From the IMG/VR virus record IMGVR_UViG_2648501152_000001, positions 21,132 to 85,131 of that record: 64,000 bases of DNA; one strand, written 5' to 3'. The DNA comes from a virus (Duplodnaviria; Caudoviricetes). Shown one piece after another: positions 20,024-29,915 of this stretch. The notes under the pieces were generated by a model. That model saw nothing but the letters and a program-made list of their open reading frames with translations, made no database searches and had not been told where the DNA came from. Both the position numbers and the translations under genes were made by a program. The number at the start of each line of letters is the position of its first letter. Within the stretch, counting starts at the first letter, position 1.

Positions 20024-21108
20024 TACGGCTACGACACACCTGGATAGGAAACGACATGAACGAACGAGACGAACTCGCCGAAATACTCGAACTGCACGCG
20101 CAGCGCGACACCTGGACTGGGATAGCCGACGCGATCCTCGCCGCCGGCTACACCCGCCAACACGCCCACGAATACGGCATGCTGGAACGCCACTACGCCG
20201 CTGTCGAAGCGGAACGCGACCAATTCCACGAGCTATACAACGATGTGGCTGAGGAAAACCGGCGTTTGCGGGCTGCACTGGCGGAGATTCGGGCGGTGGC
20301 GGAGCATGCGGACCGGCAGTGCGGTTCCATCGACCCCACGGATCTGATCGCAGCACTCACAAAGGACAACGCATGAAACTGTTTCGAGGAGACCAGAGGG
20401 CTGCCAGAATGGCAGAGCTGGAGGCGGAGAACCGTGAGTTGCGCGCCAAGATCACCAGAGTCCGTGACGTTGCCGATGATCTCAAGTCTGTTGGCGACTT
20501 GGAGATGCCTGCGCGCGAGCCGGCCGCTCTCATCCGACGCGCATTGGACGGTGACCTGTGATCCACGGTGATGATGCCCTCGAAGCCCTGCGGGTGGCGA
20601 AACGGAAGCACACCCCAGAGGCTGCGCTACAGGCCCTCGAAGCCCAAGGTTGGATGCTGATTCCTGCCGCCCCGGTGGATCAGCAGCAGGATGGGTGGCG
20701 GCGGTTCGATGGGTTGGTGGACAACGTGTTCGCCAGCGACACCGGTGTGGTGGATGTGGGTTTGTATGACGACATGACAGCATCGGAGGCGTGGTTGTTC
20801 GGGCGGGCGATTCTGTCCGCTGTGCGGGCCATTCAGGGTGGTGTGTGAGTGTGCCGGCACGCTTAGGACTCGAGATTGCACCAGGATCGGCGCATAATGC
20901 GGGTAACGCATCCCACGGCACGCTTTGGAGGCATCATGCAGCACCGCGAATTGGCTAGATTCATCGCCGACACGCTCCTGACAGATGAGACCGACCGCAA
21001 CAACTATGTGGACGCCAAGCTGATCATGTCGACACACCTCGATGGCCGGTTTGATCTGTGCGCCCTCGCCCAAGCCATCCTCACCCGATACCAACCCAAG
21101 GACCCCGA

Positions 21109-21273
21109 ATGAAAACCCCACTCCGCAACGTGCGTGTACCCGACGAACTCTGGGACGCCGCCCGGGAGCGCGCCGAAGCCGAGGGCCGGCACGTGTCCGA
21201 TGTGGTGCGTGAAGCCCTCCGCAAGTACACGAAGCCGCCGAGAGGTGTGAGGATCACGCCGCCAGTGGCGTAA
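21109..21273 (+). CDS. ribbon-helix-helix (CopG/Arc) DNA-binding protein
   Basis: MKTPLRNVRVPDELWDAARERAEAEGRHVSDVVREALRKY is a classic RHH pattern. Confidence 0.85.
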   Translation: MKTPLRNVRVPDELWDAARERAEAEGRHVSDVVREALRKYTKPPRGVRITPPVA

Positions 21274-21350
21274 CGCCCGTCGTGTGTTGCCCCGGTTGCC
21301 TGTTGGTGGCCGGGGCTTCGCGCTGTCCGAGGTTAATTCTGCGGTAGGGG

Positions 21351-21390
21351 TTGCGGTGTACCCGCATCGACTGTTACGGTGTACCTACAC
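21351..21390 (+). promoter_or_regulatory. promoter plus operator
   Basis: TTGCGG-18-TACGGT overlapping GTGTACCTACAC; partial second copy GTGTACCCGCA in the spacer. Confidence 0.75.
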
Positions 21391-21413
21391 ACCGAGAACG
21401 AAGGAGCCCCAAA

Positions 21414-21677
21414 ATGCAGACCATCACCATCGGCAAGAGCGAATACATCCTCACCATCGAAAACATGACCAACTCCGACGGAGAGCCCTACGAATACATC
21501 AGCCTCACCGGCAAGCGCGGCGCCGAATACCACGTCACCGACCTGGACTGCCTCAAGAAGAACGGCCTGTACCGCGCCTACAGCTTCGGATCGTTCCGCG
21601 ACATCATCAGCCCGAAGACCGGACGCCCCGCCATCCTGCACCGCGACGCAGACAACTTCTTCACCTGGGTCAAGTAA
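21414..21677 (+). CDS. hypothetical protein in promoter cassette
   Basis: AAGGAG RBS; LTGKRGAEY. Confidence 0.7.
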   Translation: MQTITIGKSEYILTIENMTNSDGEPYEYISLTGKRGAEYHVTDLDCLKKNGLYRAYSFGSFRDIISPKTGRPAILHRDADNFFTWVK

Positions 21678-21882
21678 CCCGCCCGGATTGCCCGCCAGCT
21701 TCCACAGTGGCGGGCAATCGCATCTCTACCGACAGGAGACACCATGAGCACCAACGACAACCCGCAGTGCGCCGAATGTGGCGCAACCGTGGACGCGGAC
21801 GGAGACGCCATCTACGGGTGCGCGTGGAATCCGCCCGACGAATGCGGCACGTGCGGGGCTTGCTACTGCGACGGGAGCTGCT

Positions 21883-22264
21883 GATGACCGACACGGCCAA
21901 CAATGCCGCATTCGGATTCGGCGAGGTCACCATCGCGCCGAAACGGTGGATGTACCTCGCCGCCGCAGACCCCGACCGGGATGCTCTGGAGGCGCTGCGC
22001 GGGGTGATGGGGGCGTGGATCACGCAGCAGCGCTACATCATCGATGTCGATGCGCGCACGGGACGCCCGATGCAGGCGCTCGCATACGCGATACACCAAG
22101 CACTCGGGTTCGATGACTTGGATGCGGCGCGAGCCGCGATTGTGGGGGCGGATGGGCATCCGGTGTGGCGGAAGTGTGCGCGCCGGCACATGTTGGTGGC
22201 TGCGGCGAATGGTGGCCGGTGGGAGTACGGCGACCCGGCGCCCGTGTACGAGTGGGTGGGGTGA
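21883..22264 (+). CDS. hypothetical protein
   Basis: MTDTANNAAFGFGE..., TGATG coupling; start approximate. Confidence 0.5.
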
Positions 22265-22282
22265 CGGATTCTGCTCGAACAG

Positions 22283-22322
22283 TTGACGTGTACCCACACT
22301 TAGAGTTAAGGTGTAGATACAC
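22283..22322 (+). promoter_or_regulatory. promoter with two operators
   Basis: TTGACG-18-TAAGGT; GTGTACCCACAC (22288-22299) and GTGTAGATACAC (22311-22322). Confidence 0.8.
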
Positions 22323-22341
22323 AACGACGAAGGAGCCACAA

Positions 22342-22707
22342 ATGAACGCCACCGCCACCGCGAACCTCACCCTCACCGGCATCACCAAGGCCAGCAGCCA
22401 GTGCCACTGCTGCGGACGCACCCTCGGCAAGGTCTTCCAGCTCTCCGACGGCAACGACTACGGCCGCACCTGCGCCGCCAAGATCACCGGCTACAGCATC
22501 ACCGATAAGCTCCTCCGCCAGGCACAGTTCGCCGCCCGCCGTGACCAGCAGCGCCGCGACGAAAACTGGACTGTCGACACCTTCATCGCTCACATCGCCG
22601 CCAACAACATGGGCATCCTCTACATCGATGGCCGCGAGGTCGCAGCGGACGCCACGAACATCCGCATCGTCGCGGAGCGCGAGCACGCCGCACTCTGGGC
22701 GAACTGA
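22342..22707 (+). CDS. zinc-finger hypothetical protein in promoter cassette
   Basis: AAGGAG RBS; CHCCGRTL...YGRTCA. Confidence 0.7.
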   Translation: MNATATANLTLTGITKASSQCHCCGRTLGKVFQLSDGNDYGRTCAAKITGYSITDKLLRQAQFAARRDQQRRDENWTVDTFIAHIAANNMGILYIDGREVAADATNIRIVAEREHAALWAN

Positions 22708-22979
22708 ACTCGAGACCCCGAAGCCCCTGCCTGATGGTGGGGGCTTCGCGCTGTCCGGGCGGGAATGGGTCTCGACCGGGACCTATTGTGCGCGTGTCGG
22801 ACGTACACACATCGACGTGTTGTTGTCATGTATACGCAGGTCAAGTCACACTTTTACCCAGTTACCACGCGCGCATACGGTTGCCTCAACCGCTATACTG
22901 AGTTCGTACTCAATAAGCACATTGGCCGCCGGCGAGTTGCATTCGCCGACGGCCAACGCGACACAAGGGGCATATCCTC

Positions 22980-23813
22980 ATGTCACGAGACCATCGTACC
23001 GTAAACAAGCGCAGGACCGTCCTGTACCGCCACTTCGGTGAGGATGGAACACTGCTCTACATCGGCATCGCCTACGATCCAGGCGCCCGGTGGCTTCAGC
23101 ACATGGACAAAACATGGTGGCACGAGGTCTATTCCACCCGCATGGAGCACTTTCCTGATCGCGAATCAGCGGAGGCGGCTGAGAAGGCCGCAATCATCGA
23201 TGAGCGACCGATGTGGAATATCAACTTCAACGAAAACGTGACATGCCCGGAGCTGGCGCCAGACGACGTTGGCGATGGAATGTGCTACCTCCCTGCCGAT
23301 TGGTGGCCCGGAAGCGGTGACCTTGAGGCAGCTCGCCGAAAGTACACGCACATCGACGTGGAGGAATGCACGGGGATGTTCGTTGAGGATGCTATTCGCA
23401 CAAATAAGCGACGCAAGCGATGGAAGAGCGCGTGGGATGCACGTCTGCGCGCCGACAACGATTTCGCAAAGCGCAGGATTGCAGATGAGAGCAAGAGTGT
23501 GGCGCCCATGCCGAAGGTGGATCGACCAATGCGTACGACGAAGTCAACTGGGAGGTACACGCCGCCCCCGAACGCAACACGCCTGCCGGCCGATTTTGCT
23601 CCGAGTCGCGACAACGTAGCTTGGGTCGTTGAGCACTGCTTGTTGATTGACATCAACGAGTCGCACCGAAAGTTCATGGAGTACTACCCGAAGCAGGTCG
23701 GACTTCGTGGGTTGCGGGTTGATTGGAACAAGACGTGGCGCGAGTGGATGGTGCGCGCCGAGGGTTGGGCCGAGGATGCGCGTGAGCGTGAAGAGCGAGC
23801 GATGATGGACTGA
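22980..23813 (+). CDS. GIY-YIG domain protein with two DnaT-like/replication-protein helical repeats
   Basis: LYRHF...LLYIGI...R..QH...AEKAAI..ERP.WN; repeats LPADW/LPADF...W..TW..W. Confidence 0.7.
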   Translation: MSRDHRTVNKRRTVLYRHFGEDGTLLYIGIAYDPGARWLQHMDKTWWHEVYSTRMEHFPDRESAEAAEKAAIIDERPMWNINFNENVTCPELAPDDVGDGMCYLPADWWPGSGDLEAARRKYTHIDVEECTGMFVEDAIRTNKRRKRWKSAWDARLRADNDFAKRRIADESKSVAPMPKVDRPMRTTKSTGRYTPPPNATRLPADFAPSRDNVAWVVEHCLLIDINESHRKFMEYYPKQVGLRGLRVDWNKTWREWMVRAEGWAEDAREREERAMMD

Positions 23814-24771
23814 GTTACCTGGCTCGATGCCCCCGATTCCTGCGCGAGTCGGGGGCATTGTCGTGTTTAGGCAACGTTTATGCAGGTCAGGGCCATATTC
23901 CGCCAACCTTCCCGAATGTGATTAGCGTCACAGAAGATTTGGGTATGGAATCCGAGGCCAAAATTGTTTCTTGAAAGGTAACCACACGCGAAGCGCAACC
24001 TTCCATGCGCCCCTGCGGGGCGGAACCGCAAAGCGGTTCAAGTAGTTCACCACACCCGAACACCGCCACGGAACAACCATCGGCAATACACATGGATGGT
24101 TTTCACATACGCCCCGCGTAGCGTAGCGAAGCGGGATCGCTTTAGACCGCACTCGCCCGCACGGGTCGGGAACCCTACGGGTTGTCGGGAGGCCGAAGTC
24201 TGCCCAAAGCACGGCGGGTCGGTTTTCGTGTTCCACGTCCGGTTTTCCAGCTGGAACGTTGGCAATCGAGACGTGGAAAAGAGAGGTTGGGGCTTGTTTG
24301 TGCTGGTCAGTGGCGGTTTTTAGGGTTCGGGAGGGGTAAGCGTGGGGTAAACGTCGGCTTCCAGCGATCTTCCGGGTTTTCCGGAGGATTTTCCTCTGGT
24401 ATCGGCGTTTGCGCAGGCCAGGCCCAGTTTCCGGTTTCGCAAGGAAATTCAGAGCGGACGCGCGGAAAATCTCGGAAGTTCCGACACGGATGTACGGAGC
24501 TTCCGACACTGGCCGATGGGTTCCGGTAATGGTTACCGTGTGCAAGTGTGGTAACCTTGCTTTGCGGCAGAACTGTCTCTACCGCCCGAATCGTTCCACC
24601 TCCACGTGGGGTGTGTATGCGTGCACAGGTTGCTTACAAGTTGCGGCGGTGGGCGGACAGGATCGCGCCGGCCCCCACACTCGTCACCAGGACCCCGACG
24701 ATCGGGGAGTTGGATGATGTGTGGCGTTACATGGAACGCGAACAGCAGCGGCGAAGGGACGTGATCGCCCG

Positions 24772-25005
24772 ATGATCCCCGTGTGGTGGTCCATCATGCT
24801 CGCCACCATCGGCATCGTGGGCATCTACGTCACCACGCGGAAACTGTGGTGGGGATTCGCGCTCGGGCTCGCAGCGCAACTCTTGTGGATCGCCTATGCG
24901 ATTGCCACGGCCCAGTACGGGTTCATTCTGTCTGCGATCGGCTACGGCATCGTGTATTGGATCGGTGCGCGGAAGTGGTTCCATGAACGCAACACCACGG
25001 TTTAG
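24772..25005 (+). CDS. small membrane protein (PnuC-like half transporter)
   Basis: Three TM segments, W.GF.LG...Q.LW..Y pattern. Confidence 0.6.
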   Translation: MIPVWWSIMLATIGIVGIYVTTRKLWWGFALGLAAQLLWIAYAIATAQYGFILSAIGYGIVYWIGARKWFHERNTTV

Positions 25006-25030
25006 TCAACGCGGTTGCTGTGTGCGCGCA

Positions 25031-25039
25031 TGGTATACT
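25031..25039 (+). promoter_or_regulatory. extended -10 promoter for the RNA island
   Basis: TGGTATACT immediately upstream of the structured region. Confidence 0.5.
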
Positions 25040-25059
25040 TGCGTGGTGTTCATGGGAGA

Positions 25060-25375
25060 TTGATCGGGTGGCGGGTGTGAAAGAACGCACCTTTCCGTTC
25101 AAAGCCCAGCCACGAACCCGATGGTGGGGGAGCTGGCGCTGCACCCGCCACCACCTTTGACAACAACACAGAGGCATTACAGAGCAGGCAGGGGCGCGAC
25201 TGCCTGATGGTGCAGAGGCTTTGCGAAGTCCCCTTAGCGGGCGCCTGACCTGCACAGCAACAACGCGCATAGCTACCCTGCCCCAGGGTTAAGTGGGGAA
25301 GTGGTTGTGAGTGGAAGTCTCCGCGACGTAAACACCCGCAAGGGTAGTCGCACACACGGTTTCAGGCGCTCACAG
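25060..25375 (+). ncRNA. large structured ncRNA candidate (GOLLD-like context)
   Basis: Long helices 25067-78/25141-52, 25210-15/25250-55, 25239-48/25362-71, 25268-76/25301-09; GCAA tetraloop; no credible ORF. Confidence 0.55.
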
Positions 25376-25449
25376 CCCCGGCAGCCAGCGCAGACTGCTG
25401 ACAACTTCATAGCGGGCGTAGGGACTGGACCTCCACTGGCGCCCGCCCT

Positions 25450-25523
25450 GCTCCTCTACCCCAACAGGCAGAGGGAACCGGCTCAAACCCGGTGTAGTGC
25501 GAGTTCGAATCTCGCGGGGAGCA
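25450..25523 (+). tRNA. tRNA-Leu(CAA), short variable arm, no encoded CCA
   Basis: Acceptor GCTCCTC/GGGGAGC, anticodon arm ACCGG-CTCAAAC-CCGGT, T arm GCGAG-TTCGAAT-CTCGC, discriminator A. Confidence 0.85.
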
Positions 25524-25625
25524 CATAGACCGACAGCCCGATCCCGACAAGGGGTGGCTGGCGCCTGAATCAACAGGGCGTGTGCACGACGACCGCGGAA
25601 ACGCGTGCACACTCGGTCATCAAAC

Positions 25626-25770
25626 TCGACCGTGGTGCAAAGGGCAGCTAACACTGCAAGGGGAGCGGACGGCTAGGAAGCGGACGCGCATACGGCGAAC
25701 AGTCACCCCCAACCAAGCACACCCGCAGCGGTGCGGGAGATCCGTGGTTCAAGTCCACGGCGGTCGACCA
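25626..25770 (+). ncRNA. tRNA-like RNA with an expanded D-loop
   Basis: TCGACCG/CGGTCGA plus CCA, T arm CGTGG-TTCAAGT-CCACG, GTGC/GCAC D-stem enclosing about 78 nt. Confidence 0.6.
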
Positions 25771-26123
25771 AGCTCGTGAACGATCGGCCTCTGCCAGTGG
25801 ATAGCTGGTTATGCCCCGTTCGCCAGTGCAGTGCACGGCCTTACGGCACCACATGGTGCCCCACAGACGTAGACCGCCCCCAGGCTTTGTCTGGGGGCAT
25901 ACCCATATCACCCACAACTCAATACAGGCGGCGACCGTGTTCGACGACGACACACCCGAATACACACCCCGAGTAGGCGACCTAGTGGTTGCGCCCGGGA
26001 TGCATCACGTGTGCCGCATCGCCCGCATCCACAAAACACCCATCCCTTACTGCGAGGCAGAGGTGCGTGGTGTGCGGTTCGCCGTCAACCTCTCCACCAT
26101 CCAACCCCACCAGGAGCACACCA

Positions 26124-26354
26124 TTGCCTGACCAGCCCGTCACGATCTACACCAAGCCCAGCTGTGTTCAGTGTGACGCTAGCAAGCGGCGATTCAAGAA
26201 CCTCAAGATCGCCTACACCGAAATCGACATCACGCAGGACGATGCGGCCCGCGACTACGTGCTCGGTCTCGGATACTCGCAGGCTCCCGTGATCGTTGCC
26301 GGCGGAGATCACTGGGCGGGGTACAAGCCTGACCGGATCGACTCGCTCGCATAG
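26124..26354 (+). CDS. nrdH: NrdH-like glutaredoxin
   Basis: IYTKPSCVQC...LGYSQAPV...WAGYKPDRI; AGGAG RBS, TTG start. Confidence 0.9.
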   Translation: MPDQPVTIYTKPSCVQCDASKRRFKNLKIAYTEIDITQDDAARDYVLGLGYSQAPVIVAGGDHWAGYKPDRIDSLA

Positions 26355-26653
26355 TTTTTGGCAGCCTTCGGGTTGCGTGCCCACGACCAGGAACGTGGGA
26401 CCACCAACAGGTGTTCAGCGGACCACCTAGACCAAAACCGCACACACCAACGGCGATCTGTAGTGCCACAATCCGTTCGTGGCCCCCGGATAGGGTTTGC
26501 AGCGCCGTGGTGGGGAAGAACGCTGCCCTTGTGCGCGCACCCCGCCCGCCCGTGCACACGCCCGCTACCCGTGTGCACGGGCCACAGCCGTTTGCCATAT
26601 ACCTGTACGATAAACACAATCGAATACGCCACCCGGCGAGAAACCAGGACATC

Positions 26654-27643
26654 ATGCGCCACACCTTGACTGTGCTCGTGCTAGCACTTCTCGCCGGACT
26701 CATACAACTGTTTACCGCACCATCGGCGGGAGCCTGCCCGCACACGGTGGTGATCGGCGTCGACGGCACCGGAAGCGTAGGCCACACACCGTCGCTCGTC
26801 ACACAGCACGCCGATCCGTGGATCGCAGAAGGTGCGGAGTTTCGGCGCATCGACTACCCCGGCAGCATTTGGCCCATCGGACCGTACCCGTACGACCAGT
26901 CACGACGTGCAGGCATCGACGCAACCAAGGCTGAAATCAACGCTGTGCGCCGCGAATGCCCCGACGCACACATACATCTAGTCGGGCATTCACAAGGGGC
27001 GGCAGTCATCGGTGATGCTCTCGAAGAACGCACCGCAGCCGGCGAATCCAACACCAACATCTCCGCGGACCTGTACGCCGACCCGCGTCATCCCGACACC
27101 GGCATCGAAGTAGTTCTCCCCGGACTCCTGCCCGGGTATTCGATGAAAAACGAACGTGGATCGATGGGTGAAGCGAAGGTGTATCAGCAGTGCGTGCAGG
27201 GTGACCCGGTGTGCGATTTTCCGCAGCCGCTCCAAGATCCGCTCGGGCTCATCGACGCCCCCGCAGGGTACTGGTACAAGCACGGGTATCACCTCCCCGA
27301 TAGCCCCGAACCCCGCAGTGGCACGCACGTTATCCCCGCCGGCCCGATGACCCCGTTCATCCCACCCGTCGAACAGCGACAGATTCCGTTCGCGCCCGAC
27401 CTGCGTGATGTCATCGACTACCAGGTGCCTGCGCTGCCCGATGTGCCGCCACTCCCCAACCTCACCGAGCCGTACGTCGAACGACCACTGTCGGTGTACG
27501 TGCCCGATCACGTGGAGCCGTACGTGCCGGCACCAATCCTCGATCATGTGCCGCCGCCGCTCCCGCAGCTCCCACCCCTGCCCGTCATCGAACTGCCACA
27601 GCTGCCCGCACTCCCGCCACTGCCTGCACTGCCCGCACTGTAA
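26654..27643 (+). CDS. secreted cutinase/PE-PPE-like serine hydrolase with Pro-rich tail
   Basis: Signal peptide MRHTLTVLVLALLAG..., GHSQGA, ADPRHP, GDPVCDFP; (LP.LP)n tail. Confidence 0.8.
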   Translation: MRHTLTVLVLALLAGLIQLFTAPSAGACPHTVVIGVDGTGSVGHTPSLVTQHADPWIAEGAEFRRIDYPGSIWPIGPYPYDQSRRAGIDATKAEINAVRRECPDAHIHLVGHSQGAAVIGDALEERTAAGESNTNISADLYADPRHPDTGIEVVLPGLLPGYSMKNERGSMGEAKVYQQCVQGDPVCDFPQPLQDPLGLIDAPAGYWYKHGYHLPDSPEPRSGTHVIPAGPMTPFIPPVEQRQIPFAPDLRDVIDYQVPALPDVPPLPNLTEPYVERPLSVYVPDHVEPYVPAPILDHVPPPLPQLPPLPVIELPQLPALPPLPALPAL

Positions 27644-27673
27644 GCCCCTCACAACTACACCAGGAGTAGAACC

Positions 27674-28321
27674 GTGAGCAACACCCCGAAGTTCGACCGA
27701 GAAGCCTTCATCGCAATTGCTAGCCTTGTCGGAAACATGATTGGTGTCGACATCGCAAAATCCGCCGAATCGATCGCAGACTCCATCGAGTCAGAGGTCG
27801 AAACCGGCAGTGTATCCGCTAGCAAGCGCGCCGCCAGAGAACGATTCGATGATGTGCAGGACGCGCTCAACACTCTCGGAGTCGACAAGCCCGAATATGC
27901 CAGCACAGACGACAGCGACTACCACTTCCACGTTGCGAACGTTGACGAAGCGATGCGCAATTTCGCCACACTCCAGAAGTCGAGACTGAACGGCGGACGC
28001 GGAGGAACCGCACACTTTCACGCCAGTGACGCGAAGGCGAACGTAGACGTGATCGTCGGAGCCGGTGGGCATGACGGACCGAACAAGATCACCTCCGAGG
28101 CAGCCAGCGCATCCACACCCGAGCCTGAGGGCGAACAGTGGGAAGTTGCGATCCGCGACCGTGAATGGGGCAGCATCATCGACTTCCGCGCCGACCGCGT
28201 AGACATCGGACACGGCATCAACGGCGATGACGACGGAGTAATCGCCTACCTCAACGGAGACGTGGTGTTCCAGGCGCCCGCCGGAACCTACTACTACGCA
28301 AAGAAGGTCCTGGATCAGTGA
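27674..28321 (+). CDS. hypothetical protein
   Basis: AGGAG RBS, 215 aa. Confidence 0.6.
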   Translation: MSNTPKFDREAFIAIASLVGNMIGVDIAKSAESIADSIESEVETGSVSASKRAARERFDDVQDALNTLGVDKPEYASTDDSDYHFHVANVDEAMRNFATLQKSRLNGGRGGTAHFHASDAKANVDVIVGAGGHDGPNKITSEAASASTPEPEGEQWEVAIRDREWGSIIDFRADRVDIGHGINGDDDGVIAYLNGDVVFQAPAGTYYYAKKVLDQ

Positions 28322-29580
28322 GCCTCAACCCGAAGGGCCAAGCGAAGATGATTCGTGACGCCGTGCTCGAAGCGCTCATTATCAACGAACTCGCCAAGAA
28401 CGGGGTAACCCGCGGCAGTCAGGTCTCCGAGTTCCTGTTGGCAATTGAAGAAGCCAAGCGCCTCGTGGAGAGCGCGAAGCACCAGGAGATCGCCTCGTGG
28501 GGTGAGCGATGACGTTCAGTTTGCGGTTTCTGTTCCTGCACATCGACATCTACCTCCCCCCACGCGGGGGGGACATGCTCGACATGGAACACGTCGCGCT
28601 CACCACCGCCACACAAGTCGTCAACCAAGCCATGCACGACGCGTTCTGTGAGGAATGCAGCGACGATGAATGACGTGGCAGCACTAGATGCCGCGCTACT
28701 CGATGCGCAGTTCGTGTACGCCGACACTCTCGCCGACCCCGACAGCACCGTGGCAATGCGGGAACGCGCCTGCGAGAAAGTGCGTGTCGCCCGTGCACGG
28801 CTCCACATCGCCCGCAACCTCAACGCCCACACCAAGGAACACACCCATGACTGACACCAGCAGCGAGCACATGGACGACGACACCCTCGCACGCATGATC
28901 ACAGGTGGTGGACTCGCCCACTTCATCGGCCTCCACGCCGACAACACCGAACAGAAGTAACCGCCCGCGGGCACAAGGGAGACCACGCATGGCCGACAAC
29001 GACACCGACCTTGTGCTCGGCACCATCACCCATTCAACGCCGCATCGCCACCAGAGACGGCGAAGACTACATCACCGTCGAAGCCCTCGACGCCTCCAAC
29101 CAAGACCTATCACTCGTGGAGGCGTTCGGGATGCTTGAACTCGCCCGAATGCACTTCACCATCAGCGCACTCGGCTTCGACTACGAAGACGACGAGGCAG
29201 ACGAATGAGCGCCCTCGAAGACCTTCGCATCGTGCACGCCATGCGCACACACGACCGAAACATCGGTGACGAAAACGAAGGCGACTACCGGGTGGCATTC
29301 GACATGCTGCTGGACCGCTACAACACCGAACGAGAACCCAAAAACGCCAACGTGGAGAACCAGTGACCAACATTATCGTTGCACCAAGTGTCCAAGCTGG
29401 ACGTGAATTCCAGAGCGAGCGCGAGACATTCCGCGACTGGCATGTTGTATCACCAACCTCAATTAGGCGCGGTTCGATCCGCGGCCTAACGATCGGTGAA
29501 TACATCACCCTCGACGGCGCGTACCTCGACCAGTCGGCACGAGACGAGATCCGCGTCAGGCAACTTGGCAGGAGGTAGAG

Positions 29581-29805
29581 ATGGCTGATCCGAAACCTGG
29601 CGACGGAAACGCGGCACGACTAAAGCGCTGGTGGGCTTACGAAGAGGGCCGGAAACGGTGGTACGGCACACCACATCCCTTCACAACACTCCGGAACCAG
29701 CTCCGCAAACACGGCGTACCCGAACACATGGTGGACGGACTCACCGCCAACATCTTCAAAATGGCCTACGGCTATGCGCCCTCAGAGCGAAAACGCGACG
29801 ACTAG
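29581..29805 (+). CDS. hypothetical protein upstream of terminase
   Basis: AGGAGG RBS; NAARLKRWW motif. Confidence 0.6.
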   Translation: MADPKPGDGNAARLKRWWAYEEGRKRWYGTPHPFTTLRNQLRKHGVPEHMVDGLTANIFKMAYGYAPSERKRDD

Positions 29806-29915
29806 CTCCTGATTATCTGCACAACCCCATAAATCAGGCCAGGAATCACACCGACCGCACGTAGCCCCGGAGGCACGTGCGGTTTCGCATACACGGACCC
29901 AGGAGGTTCACGACT

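Noticed and set aside
24054-24067. 14-nt match ACCCGAACACCGCC to one array unit
   Set aside because: Includes loop-repeat bases, and the partner spacer has no adjacent match; likely chance in GC-rich DNA
25190-25375. Group I intron
   Set aside because: No interrupted host gene and no convincing P7 (R/S) elements
25524-25620. Self-cleaving ribozyme in the tRNA trailer
   Set aside because: Hairpins are present, but I could not fit hammerhead or HDV-like core consensus
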